A DNA stretch of 49,199 nucleotides from Candidatus Bathyarchaeia archaeon (GCA_041480025.1 JBGOZA010000001.1:1-49199); one strand, 5' to 3'. Positions 8,803 through 16,740 are shown, counted from the stretch's first letter. Made by a program: numbers and translations. Notes: a model not told the origin generated them from the sequence alone.

Positions 8803-9228
8803 CTATTTCCATTTGCGAAGTACGAATAAGGTGTTGGTTGTTTGAACACCCTCAACCTCGCGCATCAAATCGATGCATCCATTCACCGAAGATACATCTT
8901 GCCCTGAGACTACAACACCTATGTCGAATTGACCAGCAACTTCCATGACTGAATCAACCCCGTCCAAGGCAGCGATATTCTTTGCAATAGTGGGAACCGG
9001 AACTCTCGGCGATGTCGAAATGAAGACTAACGCTCTTGGGTGATTCTCGGCAGTTTCCACTGTAAACTTCTTAATAATGCCTGATTCCGTCAGATTCTTC
9101 ACACGCTGCCTCACAGCGCCCTCCGAGAGATCAAGCTTCTTAGCAATCTCGGTGAACGGAATCCTAGCGTCTTCTTTCATAATTGAAAGAATCTTAGCGT
9201 CAAGAGCATCCAGTTCGATCACCCACAT
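8803..9228 (-). CDS. Lrp/AsnC family transcriptional regulator
   Basis: 141 aa. wHTH LDAKILSIMKEDARIPFTEIAKKLDLSEGAVRQRVKNLTESGII followed by a RAM domain. Confidence 0.85.
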   Translation of the reverse strand: MWVIELDALDAKILSIMKEDARIPFTEIAKKLDLSEGAVRQRVKNLTESGIIKKFTVETAENHPRALVFISTSPRVPVPTIAKNIAALDGVDSVMEVAGQFDIGVVVSGQDVSSVNGCIDLMREVEGVQTTNTLFVLRKWK

Positions 9229-9270
9229 TATTCAGATCGGAAAAATGGATCATCACATAAACATGATCCT

Positions 9271-9399
9271 CTAGTGATCTGGTTTAGTCAACAATACCTG
9301 AGATTTCTTCTTTCTTCTCTTGGAGGCTTTTCTTACTGCGCGTCGCTTCCAGTCATGGATCTCCGCGTATTGCTGAATGTAGGCCAGTGCCGCTTCCAT
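9271..9399 (-). CDS. 42-aa small ORF with Lys/Arg-rich tail (hypothetical)
   Basis: Below the 60-aa track cutoff. AGGTGG lies 7 nt upstream of the ATG, which is 12 nt after the stop of the 81-aa ORF. Translation: MEAALAYIQQYAEIHDWKRRAVRKASKRRKKKSQVLLTKPDH. Confidence 0.35.
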   Translation of the reverse strand: MEAALAYIQQYAEIHDWKRRAVRKASKRRKKKSQVLLTKPDH

Positions 9400-9411
9400 T
9401 CTAAACCACCT

Positions 9412-9657
9412 CTATTTCACGACGTCAAGCGTACTTGATTCTGGACTATTGACATATCGCGTGCAGTCTCGATGCGTGAATGGATTTAGCTCGACTACTT
9501 TCTCCATCAGTCCTCTATTGCGCGTAACTATATACCGGTATTCCAAGTCTTCTTTGCCAAGCAAACGTTTCAGTTCTGGTAAATAACCATAATATCTTCC
9601 ATCATCCGAGTCAGACAGGAATATTGAGCAGAACGCGCCGTCGGCACAGTGAACCAT
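9412..9657 (-). CDS. hypothetical 81-aa protein, second gene of the AbrB-led module
   Basis: Its ATG immediately follows the TAG of the upstream AbrB-like ORF (TAGATG). No family recognised. Confidence 0.5.
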   Translation of the reverse strand: MVHCADGAFCSIFLSDSDDGRYYGYLPELKRLLGKEDLEYRYIVTRNRGLMEKVVELNPFTHRDCTRYVNSPESSTLDVVK

Positions 9658-9822
9658 CTATGCAGCCTTCTCGATTACTATTTGATGACTATCGTTTATG
9701 CTGAGAGTCACATTGTCACCTATCTGAAGCCCCGTAGCTTTGAGGAGTTCATCTGGGATTGTTACTCCTGCTGAACCGCCGCTTTGGCGTATTTTTCTCT
9801 CAAACTTTACTACTGCACACAT
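9658..9822 (-). CDS. AbrB/MazE/SpoVT-family DNA-binding protein (54 aa)
   Basis: Hand-translated, below track cutoff: MCAVVKFERKIRQSGGSAGVTIPDELLKATGLQIGDNVTLSINDSHQIVIEKAA. Shows the typical swapped-hairpin SpoVT-AbrB signature (GGS..VTIP...gl..GD.v). Confidence 0.6.
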   Translation of the reverse strand: MCAVVKFERKIRQSGGSAGVTIPDELLKATGLQIGDNVTLSINDSHQIVIEKAA

Positions 9823-9881
9823 GCTTCTTATCTACTCCAGAAATATCTCTTAAGTTGCATATATATATTACGGGTGTGCTA

Positions 9882-9890
9882 GCGCGCGCG
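9882..9890. repeat. alternating GC tract GCGCGCGCG (non-coding)
   Basis: Read directly. In a divergent spacer, 13 nt after an (AT)5 run at 9859-9868. Confidence 0.9.
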
Positions 9891-9910
9891 AGTCTGCCGA
9901 TTCAAAGCCT

Positions 9911-10397
9911 GTGGCCTTGATAACTGAAGGAACTAACATGATAGGAGCTGAGATTTCTTCAGAGCGAGAAGTTGAAAGAAGGATATGCAATCTAGTCAAG
10001 CAGACGCCGGGACTTGTTTTGGCGGACTTTGCTGGAGCAGATATAGATCGGCTAAACTCCTTCTATAAGGCCAGCAAGAAATGCGACAGAAAACTAGCAC
10101 TAAGCATGCGTCAAGCTCATCTTGTGAACAAGCTCAGAGGAGACCCGCAGCAAGAAATCCCAAACATTCATGACAGCGATATCATGGTCTTTCAGAAATC
10201 GAAGAAGCGCTACAACAACTGGGAAAAAGAAATCCTACAATCAGCAAACATTGCAGACGCATCAAAGATTGGGACAACGCAGGACAACGCGCGCGTTTCC
10301 AGTACATTGTGAATATCCTGGTCTCTTCGAACGGTTCATAGGAAACACTGGTAGCAAGATAGTTCTTCCAGAGAAGGGAAAAGAATACTCTCTATGA
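9911..10397 (+). pseudogene. remnant of an MBL-fold (beta-CASP/RNase J-like) hydrolase gene
   Basis: Frame 9911-10312 (ITEGTN...ADFAGADIDRLNSFYKASKKCDRKLAL...) resembles the middle of archaeal MBL-fold hydrolases but lacks the HxHxDH N-terminal part. After the GC tract a second frame ends ...GSKIVLPEKGKEYSL, resembling the family C-terminus. Family call is from memory only. Confidence 0.4.
10288..10295. repeat. alternating GC tract CGCGCGCG inside palindrome AACGCGCGCGTT (10286-10297)
   Basis: Read directly. Sits at the frame break of the MBL-like remnant, preceded by tandem GGACAACGC(a)GGACAACGC (10272-10290). Confidence 0.9.
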
Positions 10398-10464
10398 TTC
10401 TCAGGAGCGAAGGGTATTTAAAGGAGATATGAGTCCTTCGCTGAAATCTTTAGAGGAACAATCA

Positions 10465-10542
10465 ATGGGAAAAGACAAGAAGAACAACATGGAAAGCAAG
10501 AAACAGAAGAAACAGAAGCTTGGAAAACCAAACAAGCGCTAG
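10465..10542 (+). CDS. Lys-rich micro-ORF (25 aa; 37 aa if started at ATG 10429)
   Basis: MGKDKKNNMESKKQKKQKLGKPNKR. GAGGA lies 7 nt upstream of ATG 10465, and the TATA-like TATTTAAA sits at 10414-10421. Coding status unproven. Confidence 0.25.
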   Translation: MGKDKKNNMESKKQKKQKLGKPNKR

Positions 10543-10692
10543 TATTCTCCTACAATAACCTTCTCAGTTTTAGACTGTTTCTTTAGCAGTCTAAGCTTAA
10601 CAGCTTGAGACCGGGTATGGTTTTGGCATTCATAAGTACTAAATCAGAAGTTTCTCTGATTCGCATTCTAGAAGAGATGTGACGGTGTACCG

Positions 10693-11430
10693 ATGACGTC
10701 GAACAGAGCCATCTCCTCCTTCGAGGACAACGAAGACGAAGGAAACAATTTTTATAGGATTGGCAATCTGGAAGGAAACGTGGACACTGCAATTTCGAGA
10801 GGCGCACAGCCGAAGAAGAGGGCGAAACAGAAAGCATTCGATGTCGACCTTAGTGGACTCCAGGGAGAAGGCGAATTTCCATGCCCAAAATGTGGCACTC
10901 TGATCTCGCCCGAAGATGAAAGCGAAGAGACCTACACTGTTGTCGAAACAAATGGAGACGACGAATCGATCGAAGAAGTCATAATCCAATGCAAGAAGTG
11001 CGACAGTGTAATACGACTCAAAGGTTTTGATGAACTTGAGGAAGCTGCAGAACCAAGCAGTGTTCAAATCTCAGAATCGTTAGAAGATTCAAAACCCGGA
11101 TTCAGAACCACTCATTCCATCTCAATTGAAGGAAAAGTTGTGGGCAAAGTAGCAATAGAGTATCTTCAGGAAGAGGATTTGAAAGCCTTCGCAAAAATCA
11201 GCAAAAGCATCAAGGCTGGCGACGCATTTCAAGCTAGAATATTCATAGACTCCTCAACCGGAACCTCAGTCGCTAGTCTTGGAAGCGGTGGGCTGGCTGA
11301 GATGGTCAAAGTTCTGAAGAAGCGGGGTAAGGGCATAAGAGAAAGAGACATCTTCGTTGTATCGATTGAGGGGGGCAAAGAGAAGCTCGTAGGTAGAGCA
11401 GATGCCTTGACTCAAGACCAAGCCGGATGA
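10693..11430 (+). CDS. hypothetical zinc-ribbon protein (245 aa)
   Basis: Acidic N-terminal region with CPKC...CKKC ribbon, then an uncharacterised C-terminal domain. Confidence 0.5.
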   Translation: MTSNRAISSFEDNEDEGNNFYRIGNLEGNVDTAISRGAQPKKRAKQKAFDVDLSGLQGEGEFPCPKCGTLISPEDESEETYTVVETNGDDESIEEVIIQCKKCDSVIRLKGFDELEEAAEPSSVQISESLEDSKPGFRTTHSISIEGKVVGKVAIEYLQEEDLKAFAKISKSIKAGDAFQARIFIDSSTGTSVASLGSGGLAEMVKVLKKRGKGIRERDIFVVSIEGGKEKLVGRADALTQDQAG

Positions 11431-11512
11431 CACTGAAGCGGCCTAGCCAACTTTGAGTGAACACTTACAGTCATAAGCTTCGAATACTTGTTCAGGAACC
11501 ATTGATTCCTAT

Positions 11513-12181
11513 GTGCAATTGCTGACAGAGACACGTCGGACTCTTGATTATTCTCAACTATCACACAATCTAAAAATACTGAGGGATAGAATTAGGATGG
11601 ATGGAGGAAGAAGTCTGTTGATCAAAGGCTTCGTTTTTGTTGCGGCCAAAACAGGAATGGAGAAAGATTTGGCCGATGCCCTGTTCAAGATTCCGGAAAT
11701 TCTCGAAACACACATGATAGTCGGAGACTATGATGTATTGGCAGTTCTCGGAGTGGAAGATGACGTGCCTACACGTTTCCCTGCTGAGAAGGTGATCAGC
11801 ATTCTTACAGAGAAGATTAGGACCATGGACTACGTGAAAGATACCAGTACAATAATGTCTGTCCAGTCCCAAGTTAAGAGGAGCAGGATAACAGATTTGG
11901 ATGCTTGGGCGAAGGGATTTGTTTTTGTGAAGGTAAAGACCGGCAGAGAGAGAAGCGCCATGCAAGACCTCTACAAGGTAGCTGATGTATCTGAAGTTCA
12001 CATGGTTGCTGGGAATTATGACTTGTTGGCAGTCTTAGAAGTTCGTAAGACTCTTCTACCACCAAGATATCCTCAGATAATAGCGGATATTGTTGTAGAC
12101 AAGATTCGAAAAATCAATGGCGTTGAAGACACACAGACATTCATACCTGATTCATCGCAAATAAGAAGCATGAAGAAATGA
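11513..12181 (+). CDS. tandem RAM (Lrp/AsnC ligand-binding) domain protein without DNA-binding domain
   Basis: Two repeats of the pattern KGFVFV.xKTG.E....DL.K...v.E.HM..G.YD.LAVL.V. Confidence 0.7.
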   Translation: MQLLTETRRTLDYSQLSHNLKILRDRIRMDGGRSLLIKGFVFVAAKTGMEKDLADALFKIPEILETHMIVGDYDVLAVLGVEDDVPTRFPAEKVISILTEKIRTMDYVKDTSTIMSVQSQVKRSRITDLDAWAKGFVFVKVKTGRERSAMQDLYKVADVSEVHMVAGNYDLLAVLEVRKTLLPPRYPQIIADIVVDKIRKINGVEDTQTFIPDSSQIRSMKK

Positions 12182-12237
12182 AAAGACGCTGACAAATCCT
12201 AGGCAAATCAATAGCTAGCGCACACTTTCTATGAGGA

Positions 12238-13062
12238 CTATATCAAGAGCCCTCCGCTCACATTGATGACAATGCCCGTAATATAGGATGACCGATCGGA
12301 AACGAGGAAAAGAACCACCTCAGCTACTTCTTCAGGTGTTCCGATTCTCAATACTGGAACTGCTTTTTTGTACTCATTTGCCTTCTCCATACCAACTGTC
12401 TCCCGCACCATATCGGTATCAATGATTCCTGGACACACAGCATTCACTCGGATTCCAAAAGGTCCTGCTTCTTTTGCCAATGCCTTGGTAAGTCCCATCA
12501 CCCCATGCTTTGAGGCTGTGTAGTGTGCTCCTCCGAAATTGCTGACACCCAACCCCGCCGTGGATGAGAAGCTCACTATGCGGCCATAGCCTTTCTTCTT
12601 CATCAGAGGATAGACCTCGTGCATGAATAGAAATGTTCCACGAAGATTCACGCCCATGACTCTGTCCCATTCCTCAACCGTCAATTCATGGAAACGGGTT
12701 GTCATGTGAATGCCAGCACAGTTTACAAGAAGATCAATGCTTCCGAGTTCCTCAGCAGTATCTTCAATGATTCGGTGGACTTGTTCTGAGTCAGAGACAT
12801 CACACGGTTTGACATATGCTTCTACACCTTCTCTCTTCAACCTCGTAGCGACAGCATTTAGCTTGTCAACTTTGATGTCAACCAGAACCACTATAGCTTT
12901 CTCTTCCCCAAATCTCGAGGCAACAGCCTCCCCTAATCCTTGAGCTGCACCAGTAATGACTGCAACTTTTCCAGCCAGTTCGCCTTCATACACCATGAAA
13001 GACACTCCCTCTCTTCTGATTCTTGAAAGAATACCAATCCACGATAACATCAGCCTCTCCAA
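12238..13062 (-). CDS. short-chain dehydrogenase/reductase (FabG-like)
   Basis: GKVAVITGAAQGLGEA Rossmann motif, NCAG, and YTASKHGVMGLTK catalytic YxxxK. The likely start is the internal ATG at 12996 (MVYEGEL...). Confidence 0.8.
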   Translation of the reverse strand: MERLMLSWIGILSRIRREGVSFMVYEGELAGKVAVITGAAQGLGEAVASRFGEEKAIVVLVDIKVDKLNAVATRLKREGVEAYVKPCDVSDSEQVHRIIEDTAEELGSIDLLVNCAGIHMTTRFHELTVEEWDRVMGVNLRGTFLFMHEVYPLMKKKGYGRIVSFSSTAGLGVSNFGGAHYTASKHGVMGLTKALAKEAGPFGIRVNAVCPGIIDTDMVRETVGMEKANEYKKAVPVLRIGTPEEVAEVVLFLVSDRSSYITGIVINVSGGLLI

Positions 13063-13141
13063 GCATAAGAATTGTTCTCCAGCAACACAAATGCTCCATG
13101 ACCTCCCGGATCTACAGCCGATCAGATTCGTTGGCGCTTAG

Positions 13142-13588
13142 CTAGATTCGGTTTGTTCCAGAAGCTCTCAGAATTTCATTCTCGTCTTCTATCTCTCGCA
13201 GCAATCTTTCTTGCGCTTTCTTGATATTCTCAAGGCGCACCATGTTTGTGACGCGTTTTCGATAAGCATAGAAGAACCCTCCCAGGACAGCGATTGTATC
13301 GAACGCGTATATGCCAAGCAGAAGCTCATAGTCGTCGGACAACGGCCCATGAACAATAAAGATATAGGCACCCGCAAAAGCGAAACACAGAATCAGGGCT
13401 GCAGCCATCATAACGGCGCTATCAGAAGCCCAAATCTCCTCCTTGACACCTTCCATCAGGGCTTGAAGAGCCACCAATAGATTGCGATCATCAAACCCAG
13501 CTTGGAGACGCTCCTGAAGCTTAGGCGGCAACTCTTCCCATTTGAAGGCAACTCCCAGCCGCTGCTCCAGTATCTCTTTATCACTCAA
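13142..13588 (-). CDS. hypothetical membrane protein (2 predicted TM helices)
   Basis: 148 aa. Hydrophobic stretches AVMMAAALILCFAFAGAYIFIV and IYAFDTIAVLGGFFYAY. Confidence 0.45.
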   Translation of the reverse strand: MSDKEILEQRLGVAFKWEELPPKLQERLQAGFDDRNLLVALQALMEGVKEEIWASDSAVMMAAALILCFAFAGAYIFIVHGPLSDDYELLLGIYAFDTIAVLGGFFYAYRKRVTNMVRLENIKKAQERLLREIEDENEILRASGTNRI

Positions 13589-13768
13589 AACAAGTCATTT
13601 CTAGAATGGCAGTGCCAAATATTTAAGGCAACGTAGACGTAGTCACATGATTCAGATTCTCTCGACACACACGCGCTTGAACATAACGGTATGCGCTTTG
13701 AATACCGCGCTCTAATAGTACCCTGAATCCCCAAAAAGACTATGTGGAACTAATGCGAGTTTTCACGT

Positions 13769-14641
13769 ATGGTCGATGCTTCACGTAGTGACAGAAGATT
13801 CCAGAAAATAGCTATTGGACTAGCTGTAGAGAACGGACTCCAAAATGGATATGATGACAGAACTATAGACGAGCTTCATGAGAACCCAAGCTCGGACAAA
13901 ATAGCCAAGACATATCGACGCATGATTAGTTCAAATATCCAACAAGAAAGGGAAATAGCCCTATGGCTGGAATTGGGGCTGTATCAGGAACCCACAACCT
14001 TCCCAGACATAACTGAGCTTCTTAGAAGAATAAGGGAAATCGAGGCTATCCTCTATGCTCTGCTTGGACACGCAGGGTTGAGCATAACTCAACCTCTCAA
14101 CAATTGGTTGAACTACGTTGCCAATGCAGGCGAAAGTATCAACACAGGTTTCTGGATAGATGCCAAGGCCTACATGGATAGGGCTGTTGAAGCAGCGGAT
14201 GAAACCCTAACCAAAGTGGGTTCAGCAGATCCCAAGATGTTGTATGATCTTGACATCTTAAGGTCAGAGACTAGGAGAGATCATGAAGAATTGCTCAAAG
14301 CATCTTTCCGTTTGAAACTTCCTGAAGACGCGTTGAATCAGATCCTAGTTGTCCAGGATCTCCTGATAAGAATCTTGAGAAGACGGGTAGCTGAGGCCGA
14401 CCACAAGAGTGCAGAACTGCTTCTGTTTATCTCAGACAGACTGACAATCGCTGAAAGGTCCCTCCTACAGGAGAAGCCTGATATGCAAAACGCTGTGGAA
14501 TCAGTGACTCAGGCAATAAGCCAGATTGAGAATCAGATTCCTACACTCCAGGATGAGACAGTACGAAGAGGATTCGAGCGAACGTTACAGGAGCTTAAAG
14601 AGATTCAAGAAGACCTCAAGACTCCTCTTAAACAACCATAG
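13769..14641 (+). CDS. hypothetical alpha-helical protein (290 aa)
   Basis: Long ORF with helix-rich composition. No family recognised. Confidence 0.45.
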   Translation: MVDASRSDRRFQKIAIGLAVENGLQNGYDDRTIDELHENPSSDKIAKTYRRMISSNIQQEREIALWLELGLYQEPTTFPDITELLRRIREIEAILYALLGHAGLSITQPLNNWLNYVANAGESINTGFWIDAKAYMDRAVEAADETLTKVGSADPKMLYDLDILRSETRRDHEELLKASFRLKLPEDALNQILVVQDLLIRILRRRVAEADHKSAELLLFISDRLTIAERSLLQEKPDMQNAVESVTQAISQIENQIPTLQDETVRRGFERTLQELKEIQEDLKTPLKQP

Positions 14642-14648
14642 CACTGTA

Positions 14649-14655
14649 CGCGCGC
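14649..14655. repeat. alternating GC tract CGCGCGC (non-coding)
   Basis: Read directly. Located in a convergent spacer. Confidence 0.9.
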
Positions 14656-14697
14656 ACGGTTGACAGAAGAACACATCAGCAAGGCCTAGGTTAGATA

Positions 14698-15147
14698 CTA
14701 CAGTTCAGCTTCCTGAGTCAAGTCAACCTGCAGTATGTTACAGTTCTGGCAACGATATGCCTTGAGATTGGGGAGTCTTCCCATCCCTCTTAGCAAAGGC
14801 GAAGTCAAAGGTTCTGCTCCGAGCGGGGCGCCGAACCCAAACGGCAGGCGCGTAGCACCCATCACATTGAACAGAGGCGCTTCACTGCTCCAAAATAGGC
14901 CTCCTGGCCCAAGAACATAACCCTCATCCATCTTCCTACCACATTTCGGACAATCAATTGATTCGTCTGACGAAGATTTCTTTGCACGAAGCGGTTCATT
15001 TGAGTCTTCCTTCGGAACTGGCACGGGTCTATATCTCTGGCGCAGTGTAGATCCAGACCAGTAGTAGTAGAGAACTGCTGCTGCTACGATTACTACTAGA
15101 AGAATTGCAAGTGGGTCCGCGAAAAGAGACATGAGAATCCCTATCAC
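14698..15147 (-). CDS. membrane-anchored zinc-ribbon protein (hypothetical)
   Basis: N-terminal TM helix, then CPKCGRKMDEGYV ... CQNCNILQV. Confidence 0.5.
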   Translation of the reverse strand: MIGILMSLFADPLAILLVVIVAAAVLYYYWSGSTLRQRYRPVPVPKEDSNEPLRAKKSSSDESIDCPKCGRKMDEGYVLGPGGLFWSSEAPLFNVMGATRLPFGFGAPLGAEPLTSPLLRGMGRLPNLKAYRCQNCNILQVDLTQEAEL

Positions 15148-15251
15148 TCATTCTATGTATAAGGTTTACACGATCAACGATAGCCGCCTAGGATCGATGC
15201 AGAGGTATCTCTATAATTATCCCCTCTACCGACTATTAATCAGGGTTACAA

Positions 15252-15737
15252 ATGGAAACGAGTATCGTTCACGTTGAGGTGCCAGAAGGCTGCAATGTCA
15301 TACTCGGAATGGCTCATTTCATCAAGACAGTCGAAGACCTGTACGAGACGTTAGTAACATCTATGCCAAACATACGATTTGGTCTTGCTTTCTGCGAAGG
15401 ATCTGGACCCCGTTTGGTACGTTCTGAAGGAACAGACGAAGAATTGGTAGATACCGCTAAGAGGAATGCTCTGGCCATCGGTTGCGGACACTCTTTCATA
15501 ATATATCTAAGAGGATCATATCCAATCAACGTCCTGAACAGGATAAAAATGGTTCAAGAGGTATGTCACATCTCAGCCGCGACTGCAAATCCTCTTCAAG
15601 CAATAGTCATAGAAACGGATCAGGGAAGAGGATTAATCGGGGTCGTTGATGGTGAGAAGAGCCTTGGAATCGAGACTGAAGAAGACAAGAAGAAGAGGAG
15701 AGATTTCCTAAGAGACATAGGGTACAAAATGGGCTGA
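15252..15737 (+). CDS. adenosine-specific kinase family protein (PF04008-like)
   Basis: 161 aa. The AHFIKTVEDLYE...FCEGSGPRLVR...INVLNRIK...ATANPL pattern recalls the conserved archaeal family. Confidence 0.55.
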   Translation: METSIVHVEVPEGCNVILGMAHFIKTVEDLYETLVTSMPNIRFGLAFCEGSGPRLVRSEGTDEELVDTAKRNALAIGCGHSFIIYLRGSYPINVLNRIKMVQEVCHISAATANPLQAIVIETDQGRGLIGVVDGEKSLGIETEEDKKKRRDFLRDIGYKMG

Positions 15738-16670
15738 TTACTCTGCCTCTCCCAAGGTCAACTCCATGCGCAGATGTCGAGCACTCCTAGCGACCGATAC
15801 TTCAATACTATCACCGATCTTCCTAATCTTCAAGGCGTTCTGAAGGTCATCCATGTTGTCTATCTTGTCATCATCTATTCCAACAATGACATCACCAACA
15901 ATGATGCCAGCGTAGCTCGCAGGACTGTAAGAACCTACCCGCATAACGAGGACTCCGCGTCGCGGGAGACTGTAGTATTCAGCTATCTCATCAGTGATAG
16001 TAACACCTGATATTCCCATCCAAGGACGCACAACACGACCGAACTTCAAGAGGTCTTGAGCTGCCTGCTTGGCCACGTTAATAGGTATAGCGAATCCAAT
16101 ACCTTGCGCAAAAGGAATCATAGCATTGTTTATTCCTATGACTCTTCCATATTCGTCAACCAAGGCACCGCCACTGTTCCCAGGATTGATTGCTGCATCT
16201 GTCTGGATTAGATTTTCGAACACCTTCGACTCTGCCCTAATGTGTCTGTTTAAGGCACTTATCACGCCAGCCGTTACAGTGGGCCCGCCAAGGAGAAAAC
16301 CAAAAGGATTTCCAATTGCGATGACTAGTTGACCAACCCGCAGAGCGTCCGAATCTCCTAGCTCAACACTCCTAAGACCCGCAGAGTCTGATCGTATGAC
16401 CGCGATATCAGTAATCTGATCTGTTCCAACAATACTTCCAGAGAGTCTTTTTCCGCTATTCAATGTGACAGCAACTCTGGAAGCGCCAGCAATAATATGA
16501 TGATTCGTCAGTATTGTTCCTTCACCATCGATAACGATCCCAGAACCCATTCCTTGCACAGGAACGCTATTAAAGAACGAGTCATGCGCCAGATGAACAG
16601 TACTGATGTTAACAACAGCATCTTTTGCTTTCTCAACAGCTCCAATGACTATTTCGCTGTAAGATGGCAT
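15738..16670 (-). CDS. HtrA/DegP-like trypsin-fold serine protease with PDZ domain
   Basis: TNHHI, DIAVI and GNSGGALVD catalytic-triad contexts with a C-terminal PDZ-like region. Confidence 0.85.
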   Translation of the reverse strand: MPSYSEIVIGAVEKAKDAVVNISTVHLAHDSFFNSVPVQGMGSGIVIDGEGTILTNHHIIAGASRVAVTLNSGKRLSGSIVGTDQITDIAVIRSDSAGLRSVELGDSDALRVGQLVIAIGNPFGFLLGGPTVTAGVISALNRHIRAESKVFENLIQTDAAINPGNSGGALVDEYGRVIGINNAMIPFAQGIGFAIPINVAKQAAQDLLKFGRVVRPWMGISGVTITDEIAEYYSLPRRGVLVMRVGSYSPASYAGIIVGDVIVGIDDDKIDNMDDLQNALKIRKIGDSIEVSVARSARHLRMELTLGEAE

Positions 16671-16740
16671 ATCATCCTCTCTTGATTAGTCAAGACTCGA
16701 GTATTGCGGTTTATAAGCGTACTTCTTGATCCAATATTAG

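Noticed and set aside
10170-10397. 75-aa track ORF overlapping the end of 9911-10312.
   Set aside because: It is not treated as an independent gene. Its first two thirds are an out-of-frame reading of the MBL-like fragment. Only its tail, after the GC tract, looks protein-like and is interpreted as the displaced C-terminus of the same decayed gene.
11055-11075. T-loop-like GTTCAAATC string that could hint at a tRNA.
   Set aside because: It lies inside the 245-aa CDS in frame (SSVQISES) and has no acceptor, D or anticodon arms around it. No tRNA or rRNA genes were recognised anywhere in the window.
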